32,000 nt of DNA from Microbacterium phage Quartz. Shown in pieces: positions 1 through 8,081 of the stretch. The stretch lies in the sequence record ON970571.1; one strand, given 5' to 3'. Below the pieces are notes generated by a model. It was not told the origin of the DNA. It searched no databases and saw only the letters and a list, made by a program, of their open reading frames with translations. The position numbers and the translations under genes are program-made. Position 1 is the first letter of the stretch, and every line of letters starts with the position of its first letter.

Positions 1-1
1 G

Positions 2-187
2 GTCTACGTCTGGCGACGCGATGGCATCCCCCACGACACTGCCCCGGCTGCGGGTCAGTTCGTCTGGGTCTGGAAGGTCATCATTACCTCCATCGACCCG
101 CTCGAGGCGAACAACACGTTCGTCGGCATCACTGCCCACATCACCGTCCTGGCACGCTCCAAGACCGCTGTCGCGATCGCGGCGTAA
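2..187 (+). CDS. 3' end of a structural protein (probably tail protein), truncated by the window edge
   Basis: Open frame 2 from the window start to TAA 185-187 (...QFVWVWKVIITSIDPLEANNTFVGITAHITVLARSKTAVAIAA*), directly upstream of the tail chaperone gene. Confidence 0.6.
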   Translation, partial: VYVWRRDGIPHDTAPAAGQFVWVWKVIITSIDPLEANNTFVGITAHITVLARSKTAVAIAA

Positions 188-220
188 GCCCAGGCCACAT
201 CAACGCCCCAAGGAGGCATC

Positions 221-787
221 ATGTCATTTTCAAGCTACGAAGAACTGAAGGCAGCGGTAGACGAGCGCCGCAAGGACATCCTCACCATCGAGGTTGACCT
301 GGGTGCTCGGTACAGCCAGGACCACGAGGACGCGAAGAAGGAGCTGGCCCAGGCCGAGGCGATCCAGAAGCTGGCAGGTGGCGGGCAGGGGTTCCTGAAC
401 GACAACCTGGAGCAGCTCAAGGCTCGTGTGGCCGAGACCAAGCCTGAAGCGAACTCCATCTGGCTGCGCTACGGGCGTCTGCAGTTGGCCGAGTGGTCCA
501 TGCTGACCAAGGCCACCGGCCTGACGCCCATCGACCAGTACGAGAAGGTTCTCCCCCAGACGTTCAAGGGCGTCTACGGTGTGGACCCGACCGCCGAGGA
601 TGAAGAGGGCAACCTGCTTCACCCGGATGCCGAGCCGCTGACCACAGACGCCCGTGCCGTCAGCAGCCGTAGCGAGGAAACGGTCCTGCCTGGGGCCATG
701 CTCCACGTCGTGGTGAACGCCTTCATGACGTGGCAGAACTCGTCGGGTGAGATCTCGATCCGCCCTACGAAATCGGGTCGCGTCTAG
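221..787 (+). CDS. Tail assembly chaperone, upstream (zero-frame) product
   Basis: 188-aa ORF, SD AAGGAGG upstream, immediately before a -1 frame ORF and the tape measure gene (canonical synteny). Confidence 0.8.
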   Translation: MSFSSYEELKAAVDERRKDILTIEVDLGARYSQDHEDAKKELAQAEAIQKLAGGGQGFLNDNLEQLKARVAETKPEANSIWLRYGRLQLAEWSMLTKATGLTPIDQYEKVLPQTFKGVYGVDPTAEDEEGNLLHPDAEPLTTDARAVSSRSEETVLPGAMLHVVVNAFMTWQNSSGEISIRPTKSGRV

Positions 788-1176
788 CGCTTCTGCTAGA
801 CCTGGCCCTAGAGTCCGGGCGACCCCCGCTTCGCCTCCTTGACGAGGGAAGCCCGGACTCTTGGCAAGAGATTGACCTTGAGGTCGTCTCGCAATGGCGT
901 CGGATGAAGGAGGTCAAGTGTTCGGGATGCGGGCGACCGCTGGCCCAGCACTTGCACAATTCAAGATTGGGTCGGGAAGAGACTCCTGAAGACTACATGG
1001 CTTGGTCGCTGGAGTGTCCTGCAATGCAGGCCATCGCCATCGGTCAGGACATGTGGAAGACGGCCAACAAGACCGCCATCGAGTCCCACCAGAAGGGCAA
1101 CGGCCCTGATCCTGGGATGGGCGTCTACTGGCTGAGCCAGGGTGAAGGCGAAGTCCTACCGACCCCCGAAACGTAA
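751..1176 (+). CDS. Tail assembly chaperone, -1 frameshift extension
   Basis: Frame 1 is open from 751 (after TGA 748-750) to 1176: DLDPPYEIGSRLALLLDLALESGRPPLRLLDEGSPDSWQEIDLEVVSQWRRMKEVKCSGCGRPLAQHLHN... The track begins only at the internal ATG 904. The frame offset relative to 221..787 is -1. Confidence 0.75.
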   Translation, partial: DLDPPYEIGSRLALLLDLALESGRPPLRLLDEGSPDSWQEIDLEVVSQWRRMKEVKCSGCGRPLAQHLHNSRLGREETPEDYMAWSLECPAMQAIAIGQDMWKTANKTAIESHQKGNGPDPGMGVYWLSQGEGEVLPTPET

Positions 1177-1204
1177 CACACGACCAGCTAGGAAGGAGAA
1201 CAGC

Positions 1205-3616
1205 ATGGCTGACAACGATGTGAAGATCAAGGTCTCCATGGACGGCGACAAGGTCGTCATCAATGGGCTGACCGGCATCGGGGATGCTGCTGACAAGACC
1301 GATTCCAAGCTGGGCGGCATGATCAAGGGAGGGCTGGCCGGTGCCGGTAAGGCACTGGTCGGCTTCTCCGCCGCTGCGGTCGCCGCTGGCTCGGCGCTGG
1401 CCGTGGGCGTCGTGGGTGCGTATGCAGCCTACGAGCAGAACATCGGTGGTATCGAGACCCTGTTCGGGAAGTCCGCCGGTAAGATGGAGCAGTACGCGAA
1501 CGACGCGTACAAGACTGCGGGCCTGAGCGCCAACGCCTACATGGAGCAGGTCACCAGCTTCAGCGCGTCGCTGCTCCAGGGTCTGGGTGGCGACACCGAC
1601 AAGGCCGCTGATGTGGCCAACAAGGCGATGGTCGACATGAGCGACAACGCCAACAAGTTCGGCAGCAACATCGCGGACGTGCAGAACGCCTACCAGGGCT
1701 TCGCGAAGCAGAACTTCACGATGCTGGACAACCTCAAGCTCGGGTACGGTGGTACTCGGGAAGAGATGGCCCGGCTCATCAACGACTCGGGTGTCATGGG
1801 CGACACCTTCACAGCTACGGCCAGCAACCTCGATGAAGTGTCCTTCGACAAGATCATCGAGGGTATCCACGTTGTCCAGGAGGAAATGGGCGTCGCGGGC
1901 ACCACGGCCAAGGAAGCCAGCGAGACCATCTCCGGCTCCATCGGCATGCTCAAGGGCAGCTTCGAGAACCTGCTGGTGGGCCTTGGCAGCACGGATCAGG
2001 ATGTGGCCGCGCTTGCTGGCAACGTCATCGACTCGCTCGAGACGGTCATCACCAACATCGCCCCGGTCATTGAGAACCTGGGTTCCAACATGGCCACACT
2101 CGGCCCCAAGCTGGGCACCATGATGGAGAGCCTGGTCGGTGCCGTGTCCAGCGCCATCCCCGCGCTGCTGGATGCAGGCGTCGGCCTCATCGGTGGTCTG
2201 GTGTCGGGCATCACCAGTGCCCTCCCTTCGCTGATCACCGCTCTGGTGCCTGGCGTCATCGGCCTGGTGCAGAGCCTGGCTGAACTGCTCCCCCAGCTGA
2301 TCTCGGCCGGTGCCGAGGCCGTAGCTGCCCTGGCTGTCGGCATCGCCGAAGCAGCCCCCACGCTCATCCCTGCCATCATCGAGGGCATCCTCGGTATGGT
2401 CAACGCTGTCATCGAGAACCTGCCTCTGCTGCTGGACGCTGGCCTCCAGCTTGTGATGGGCCTTGCCACGGGCATCCTGGAGTCCATCCCGGTCATCATT
2501 GAGATGCTGCCCGTGCTCATCCAGGGCATCGTGTCCTTCATCCAGACCGGCGTGCCCATGCTGATTGAAGCGGGCATCCAGCTCTTCACGGCGCTGGTCG
2601 GTGCCCTGCCCGACATCATCACCCAGATCGTAGCCGTGCTGCCCCAGATCATCCAGAGCGTCATCGGTGCCGTGGTAGGTGCCGTGCCCCTGCTGGTGGA
2701 CGCGGGCATCCAGCTGCTGACAGCCCTGGTGACGGCCCTGCCCGAGATCATCACGACGGTGGTAGCTGCGCTGCCCCAGATCATTGACTCGGTCCTGACC
2801 GCTGTCTTCGACGCGATCCCGCTGCTCATTGACGCGGGCATCAAGCTCTTCATCTCGCTGATCGAGGCGCTGCCTCAGATCATCAATACCATCATCGGCG
2901 CAATTCCGCAAATCATCGGCTCGGTGCTGAACGCCCTGACCGGGGCCATCCCTCAGCTGATCATGGCCGGTGTCAAGCTGCTGACAAGCGTCATCACCAA
3001 CCTGCCCAGCATCATCGGCACCATCGTGGGAGCCATCCCCCAGATCATCGGGGGCATCGTAGGCGCGCTGGGCAACGGCATCGGCCAGATCATCAGCGTC
3101 GGTGGCAACATCGTGCGCGGTCTGTGGGACGGCATCTCTGGCGCGGCTGGCTGGCTCTTCAACAAGATCGGCGGATTCGTCAACGACGTGATGGGCAACA
3201 TCGGCAGCTTCTTCGGCATTGCCAGCCCGTCTAAGCGCATGCGCGACGAGATCGGTGCCTTCCTGCCGTCCGGTATCGGTGTGGGTGTGGAGCGCCACGA
3301 GGCCGACGCGATCCAGCCCATCACCGACCTGAACAAGAAGGTCATGAAGGAAGCCCAGCAGCTTCCCACCCTTGGGTTCGACCAGCAGGTCACGCAGACG
3401 CTGACCCAGCAGATCATCCCGACCCAGGTGCCCATGCAGCCGTCGTCCACCCCGGTCGGCCTGGGTGCAGCAGCGCCTCAGCAGGTCACCATCTCCGGAC
3501 CGCTGGTCAGTGTGGCCGAGATGTCCGTCCGCGACGACCGGGACATCCGGGCGCTTTCCACCCAGCTCAAGACGGACATGACGCGCGAGCTGCGAGCACA
3601 AGGAGTGATGTCATGA
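1205..3616 (+). CDS. Tape measure protein (803 aa)
   Basis: SD GGAAGGAG then ATG at 1205 (the track's 1142 start is upstream). Long hydrophobic repeat-rich protein after the chaperone pair. Confidence 0.92.
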   Translation: MADNDVKIKVSMDGDKVVINGLTGIGDAADKTDSKLGGMIKGGLAGAGKALVGFSAAAVAAGSALAVGVVGAYAAYEQNIGGIETLFGKSAGKMEQYANDAYKTAGLSANAYMEQVTSFSASLLQGLGGDTDKAADVANKAMVDMSDNANKFGSNIADVQNAYQGFAKQNFTMLDNLKLGYGGTREEMARLINDSGVMGDTFTATASNLDEVSFDKIIEGIHVVQEEMGVAGTTAKEASETISGSIGMLKGSFENLLVGLGSTDQDVAALAGNVIDSLETVITNIAPVIENLGSNMATLGPKLGTMMESLVGAVSSAIPALLDAGVGLIGGLVSGITSALPSLITALVPGVIGLVQSLAELLPQLISAGAEAVAALAVGIAEAAPTLIPAIIEGILGMVNAVIENLPLLLDAGLQLVMGLATGILESIPVIIEMLPVLIQGIVSFIQTGVPMLIEAGIQLFTALVGALPDIITQIVAVLPQIIQSVIGAVVGAVPLLVDAGIQLLTALVTALPEIITTVVAALPQIIDSVLTAVFDAIPLLIDAGIKLFISLIEALPQIINTIIGAIPQIIGSVLNALTGAIPQLIMAGVKLLTSVITNLPSIIGTIVGAIPQIIGGIVGALGNGIGQIISVGGNIVRGLWDGISGAAGWLFNKIGGFVNDVMGNIGSFFGIASPSKRMRDEIGAFLPSGIGVGVERHEADAIQPITDLNKKVMKEAQQLPTLGFDQQVTQTLTQQIIPTQVPMQPSSTPVGLGAAAPQQVTISGPLVSVAEMSVRDDRDIRALSTQLKTDMTRELRAQGVMS

Positions 3617-4386
3617 GCTTCAAGCTTGGTTCGTTCGACACCGACGACGTAGACGGCCTGAAGGCCATCCTGGATGCCTGGCCGATGCTGCCCGTGGACA
3701 TGCAGCTGGATCAGCTGCCCGCTGGCGACGGTGCCCTGTACTACCGGACCCGCATGACCGAGACCGAGTGGGAGTTCAACCTGGAGCTGACCGGCGACAA
3801 CGTGGACGACGTGCTGGCCAAGGCCAACGCGCTCTCGGCGGAGCTGAACCCCAAGCTGCACGGGGGTCCCCAGGACTTCACCCCGAACGCGATGGACCCG
3901 TTCGTGTGGAAGGGCGTCCTGTCGGAGCCGATCACGTGGGAGCGGGATAAGATCGTGTGGTTCTCGCAGTTCGGCATCTGCCGTCTGTCGGGCACGGCCA
4001 CCATCACCACGCCCGACCCCTACGGCTACGCCACCGGGGCACCTGTCACCCTGACAGCCCCCGGCACGCTGGCCCTGGTGGGCACCGGCAACACGTCGTT
4101 CTACCCCGTGGTGGAGTTCCGTGGTGTGCTGAACAGCGCCCAGTCGTTCGTCGTGGACGGGGTGCAGGTCTCCGGCCCCCTTACGGCAGCGCAGACCCTT
4201 GTCCTGGACTTCGGCAAGATGGACTTCTACATCAAGACCACTTCGTCGGGTAACAAGGTGCGCAACGTGGCCGACCGGTTCACCAATTTCCGCCGACTCG
4301 AGGGGGTGTCCCTCGACCTGCCCGTCAGCGTCACTGCGGGCACGTTCACCCAGGCCGTAGGCCGTGTCCCGTCCCGGAGGATCTGA
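3613..4386 (+). CDS. Distal tail (Dit-like) / minor tail protein
   Basis: 257 aa; ATG overlaps the TMP stop; position directly after the tape measure and Dit-like beta-rich sequence. Confidence 0.75.
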   Translation: MSFKLGSFDTDDVDGLKAILDAWPMLPVDMQLDQLPAGDGALYYRTRMTETEWEFNLELTGDNVDDVLAKANALSAELNPKLHGGPQDFTPNAMDPFVWKGVLSEPITWERDKIVWFSQFGICRLSGTATITTPDPYGYATGAPVTLTAPGTLALVGTGNTSFYPVVEFRGVLNSAQSFVVDGVQVSGPLTAAQTLVLDFGKMDFYIKTTSSGNKVRNVADRFTNFRRLEGVSLDLPVSVTAGTFTQAVGRVPSRRI

Positions 4387-6812
4387 TGGCCGAGTACAGC
4401 CGCGTTACCAGCCGAGGCGACTGGACGGGCGAGTGGGACCCGGATGCCGTCACTCAGCTCCTGCTCCGCATGGACAGCTTCGTCGGCAACGAGAACAACC
4501 GGCCCACCCCCGACTCGTCCGGCAAGGACCGCACGGCCATCGCCATCAACTACGGTGGAGGCACGAGCGCTGTCGCCGTGGCATCCCGCTGGGGTACTGC
4601 GCTGCGCATGAACGAGGCCGGTGTCTCTGAGAAGACGTCCATCCGTGTGGCCAACGACGGCACCCTGTTCCCGTCTTCGGGCAGCGTCATGGTCGGCACC
4701 TGGTACAAGGGCAAGCTCGACCGTCAGTGGAACCCGGTGCTGTCTACCCGTGGCGGAGCCGAGAACCCCCTGTTCCACATCGCCGTCAACACTTCGGCCA
4801 ACGGCCCCCAGGTCAACTACCGGTTCTACAGCGCTTCCGGCACCCAGCTCATCAGCGAGTGGATGGACACCATCCTCCAGGCTGACGAGTGGTACTGGAT
4901 CGGCGCGGTCATGGACCTTACGCTGGGCACCTGGTCTGTCTACTGCGTCAGCCTCACCACGGGCACGGTGGAGTCTCGCTCTGGCACTGCTGCCAACATG
5001 AACGCGGCATGCACGGCCAACCTCGAGGTCGGCTATGGCCCGGACCCAGAGTACAGCCGTGCGACCGTCGACGAGACCGTGGTGGTCGCCCCGTTCGTGG
5101 GCAACGCTGGTCAGTGGGCGCTGCGCAACCGGCTCGCCAACGGAGCGCTCGAGGCCACCCAGGCAGACACCAACACGGTCTCCGGCCGCATTGCACCCCG
5201 GTCGACGGCTACCCTGCCCGTGGTGGCCCAGACCCGTGCCATGCCGGGACAGTGGGGCAGCGACACCCCTCAGATCACCATCAACGGCCAGGGCGCGACG
5301 GTACGCTACCGCACCAGTGCCAACCTGACCACCTGGTCGGCGTGGAAGAACGCCTCCCAGATCGGCACCGAGCCTAACGCTGCCTGGATCCAGTACGAGG
5401 TCACCCTCACTGCGACCGACAGCTTCGTGGACGACATCCTCCTGTCGACCGCGCCTCCAGTCACCCCTCCCCTGCCCTCCACACGCGCCGTCCAGCCGTT
5501 CTCCCTGGACCCCCTGCTCGTGGTTCCCACCGGGGGAGGGGTGCTCCTTCAGGACACGCTGCTCAGCTGCGTGACCCGTGACACCGACAGCAACGAGTCC
5601 ACCCTGACGTTCTCGCTGAGCCTGGCCGACAGCAAGGCCACACAGATTGAGGCCGAGATGCCGGTGGTCTTCAAGGGTCGTCACTATGTGGCCCGAGGCA
5701 TCACCACGACCAAGTCGCGCAACACGCACGAGGTTGAGGTATACTGCGAGCGCAACTGGTACGACCTGCTGTACGCCGGTCAGATCGACGCCCAGACCTG
5801 GACCACCACAGCAGCCGGGGCCATGACCTCGCTGCTGGCAGACTCGGGCTGGTACGTGGGCCAGGTGGACCCGACCGAGGTACTCGGCTGGGAGAACGAG
5901 TCCGGCACGGTGCTCGGGGTGCTGAAGCAGATCGCCTCGGTGTATGGTGGCGACCTGGTCTTTGACGACGTCAACAAGTTCGTGCATCTGCTGAGCCAGG
6001 GTGGCCGTGACCGGGGCACCTACTTCAGCTACGAGAAGGGCATCAGCTCCGCTCGGAAGCGTGAAGACACGACCAACCTGGTGACCCGCATCTACGGACG
6101 CAACGCCGAAGGCCTCACCATCGCCCCGGCGAACAACGGCGTGCCCTACGTGGAGGACTTCACCTGGACCAATGAGGTCCGCGAAAGCACCTACGACTTC
6201 CGCTCTGGCATGACGCCCCAGGCCATGCTCCGCTTCCTGCAGGCGTTCATCGTCGGCCGGTCCCAGCCCAGCATCAGCTACGAGTACGAGGTCGCGGGCC
6301 TTGTGGATCGTGTGGCCGAGGTTGACCGGTTCGAGGTTCTGGACATCGTCTTCGTGATGGACGAGGACTACGACCAGTCGGTCAAGAGCCGCGTGGTGCA
6401 GCTGGACATCGACTGGGTGGACCTCCGCAAGTCCAAGATCACCCTGTCTAACAAGCTGCGGAGCCTTGCCAGCAGCGACGACAGCACCGACCCCGGCGCA
6501 CTGACCACCGGCCAGACCATCGACACTCGCGACATCAACCCCTTCAACCTGCTGGTGAACAGCCGTGGCGATAACGGCATGGCGCACTGGGCAGGCTCAG
6601 GAGTGCAGGTCGTGGAGGGAGGCGCGACTGGCCGGTACAGCTTCGCGTTCGGTGCCAACGGGGGCACGCTGGAGCAGACCGTGGCCAGCGACAACCGGGA
6701 GAACTTTATCTTCAGCGCCCAGGTGGACGCGGACTCCGAGTCGTCGGTCAAGGTGGAGGTCACGTTCCAGTACACCGACGGCACTTCCGAGACCCAGATT
6801 CTGGAGCTGTGA
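4386..6812 (+). CDS. Minor tail protein: N-terminal concanavalin/LamG-like region plus Tal-like tail region
   Basis: 808 aa; N-terminal jelly-roll-like segment (SSGSVMVGTWYKG..., DEWYWIGAVMDLTLGTWSVY), then YDLLYAGQI...ATQMLRFLQ...-type tail-hub region; TGATG overlap with the previous gene. Confidence 0.75.
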   Translation: MAEYSRVTSRGDWTGEWDPDAVTQLLLRMDSFVGNENNRPTPDSSGKDRTAIAINYGGGTSAVAVASRWGTALRMNEAGVSEKTSIRVANDGTLFPSSGSVMVGTWYKGKLDRQWNPVLSTRGGAENPLFHIAVNTSANGPQVNYRFYSASGTQLISEWMDTILQADEWYWIGAVMDLTLGTWSVYCVSLTTGTVESRSGTAANMNAACTANLEVGYGPDPEYSRATVDETVVVAPFVGNAGQWALRNRLANGALEATQADTNTVSGRIAPRSTATLPVVAQTRAMPGQWGSDTPQITINGQGATVRYRTSANLTTWSAWKNASQIGTEPNAAWIQYEVTLTATDSFVDDILLSTAPPVTPPLPSTRAVQPFSLDPLLVVPTGGGVLLQDTLLSCVTRDTDSNESTLTFSLSLADSKATQIEAEMPVVFKGRHYVARGITTTKSRNTHEVEVYCERNWYDLLYAGQIDAQTWTTTAAGAMTSLLADSGWYVGQVDPTEVLGWENESGTVLGVLKQIASVYGGDLVFDDVNKFVHLLSQGGRDRGTYFSYEKGISSARKREDTTNLVTRIYGRNAEGLTIAPANNGVPYVEDFTWTNEVRESTYDFRSGMTPQAMLRFLQAFIVGRSQPSISYEYEVAGLVDRVAEVDRFEVLDIVFVMDEDYDQSVKSRVVQLDIDWVDLRKSKITLSNKLRSLASSDDSTDPGALTTGQTIDTRDINPFNLLVNSRGDNGMAHWAGSGVQVVEGGATGRYSFAFGANGGTLEQTVASDNRENFIFSAQVDADSESSVKVEVTFQYTDGTSETQILEL

Positions 6813-6813
6813 C

Positions 6814-7002
6814 ATGCCCGTCCGCCGCGCCACCGTGCGCAACCCCAATAGCTTCAAGCAGACGCTCACCATCAAGGTCAGCGTCAAGACTACCGATGCC
6901 GACGTGGAGGTCACCGACCTGATCCTCCAGGCTGGCACCGTGGGCACGGGCTGGGTTCCCAACGTGACCGAGATGCCCTGGACCGCTGGGGTGGTGAGCT
7001 GA
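6814..7002 (+). CDS. Small tail-region protein (62 aa)
   Basis: MPVRRATVRNPNSFKQTLTIKVSVKTTDADVEVTDLILQAG...; starts 2 nt after the previous stop. The track ORF starts at 6565, inside the preceding gene. Confidence 0.7.
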   Translation: MPVRRATVRNPNSFKQTLTIKVSVKTTDADVEVTDLILQAGTVGTGWVPNVTEMPWTAGVVS

Positions 7003-7003
7003 C

Positions 7004-7600
7004 ATGGCGTTCATCCGCACGTTCGGCGCTCTCCGCCCGTCCAAGCCGGTGCTCGGTGTGGCCTTGCGCATCACTGCCGAGGACGAGGCCAAGGTCACTG
7101 ACATCCAGCTCAACCCCGGCTCGAGCCTGTTCTCGTGGGCACCTATGGTCGGCGACCTGGCCCTGGTGGCAGCGCCCAAGTGGCGCTACATCAACGGCAT
7201 GGTGCAGGCCGACTACGCGACCTGGGTGATGTCTGACGAGGACGTCGCCAGCCCGTACCGTGGCGAGCTGTACCCCACGGGTCCGCAGACGGTGGAGTGG
7301 GGGCTGCTGTACCTCGGCGAGATCAGCAGCCACCAGGTCTTCGACGGCTACGACCACACGACCACGGCCGGAGCTGGGGTTACGCCACACCTGACCGCGC
7401 GCCAGGACCAGCGTCTGGACCTGGTGACTGATGGTATCATGTCGGCGATCGTGGCGACTCGTGGCATCCACACCGACCCCGGCAGCAACGCCCGCACCGA
7501 CACGGGCACTGTCACCGAATCCCACGCCGAAGGCTGGTCCGCTGTCTGGGCCTGGCACGAGGACTGGGCAGATGTGCTTACTGATCATGGAGGCTGGTAA
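7004..7600 (+). CDS. Minor tail protein (198 aa)
   Basis: Tightly packed in the tail operon; no intergenic gap. Confidence 0.7.
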   Translation: MAFIRTFGALRPSKPVLGVALRITAEDEAKVTDIQLNPGSSLFSWAPMVGDLALVAAPKWRYINGMVQADYATWVMSDEDVASPYRGELYPTGPQTVEWGLLYLGEISSHQVFDGYDHTTTAGAGVTPHLTARQDQRLDLVTDGIMSAIVATRGIHTDPGSNARTDTGTVTESHAEGWSAVWAWHEDWADVLTDHGGW

Positions 7601-8079
7601 TGGCACTGCAGACACCCCCGACCCCGGCCTACGGGCCGAACACGTTCACCAGCCTCGCCGAGCTGGCTAGCATCCTGCTGGCGAACGACGAGTACCTGGA
7701 AGACAAGATCGACAACATTGCCCCTCCGGCACCGTCGGTCACCAAGGCAGCGATCACGCTGGCTTCAGGGTACTCGAACAATTCGTCGTACGTGGCGTCC
7801 GAGGCCATCAAGATCGGCAACCTGGTCACCATTGACCTCGGCCTGGTGAACTGCCCCTCCACCATCGGCGGGAACCAGTATTACACCCTCGGCACCCTGC
7901 CCACGGGCTACCGGCCGACGGGGAAGCACCGGATGGGCGTCGGTATGATCTACGCGGCCACGGTCATGAAGCCGGTGCAGCTTCGGCTCAACACCGACGG
8001 CAGCATCAACTTCCTGTCCGCCGAGTCCGTCTCCGGGGCGAGCTACCTGTTCGCCTCCGCTATCACGTTTGCGATCTGA
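7600..8079 (+). CDS. Minor tail / fibre-like protein (159 aa)
   Basis: TAATG coupling with the previous gene. C-terminal small beta-rich domain (GYRPTGKHRMGVGMIYAATVMKPVQLRLNTDGSINF) typical of tail-tip proteins. Confidence 0.65.
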   Translation: MALQTPPTPAYGPNTFTSLAELASILLANDEYLEDKIDNIAPPAPSVTKAAITLASGYSNNSSYVASEAIKIGNLVTIDLGLVNCPSTIGGNQYYTLGTLPTGYRPTGKHRMGVGMIYAATVMKPVQLRLNTDGSINFLSAESVSGASYLFASAITFAI

Positions 8080-8081
8080 TC

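Noticed and set aside
914-3601. 895-aa minus-strand ORF
   Set aside because: Antisense to the tape measure gene; low-complexity shadow product (DDLRNCADDGIDDLRQRLDQR...) of GC-rich codon bias and repeats, and no SD.
4227-6587. 786-aa minus-strand ORF
   Set aside because: Exact antisense of the Tal-like tail gene; no recognisable domain or operon context.
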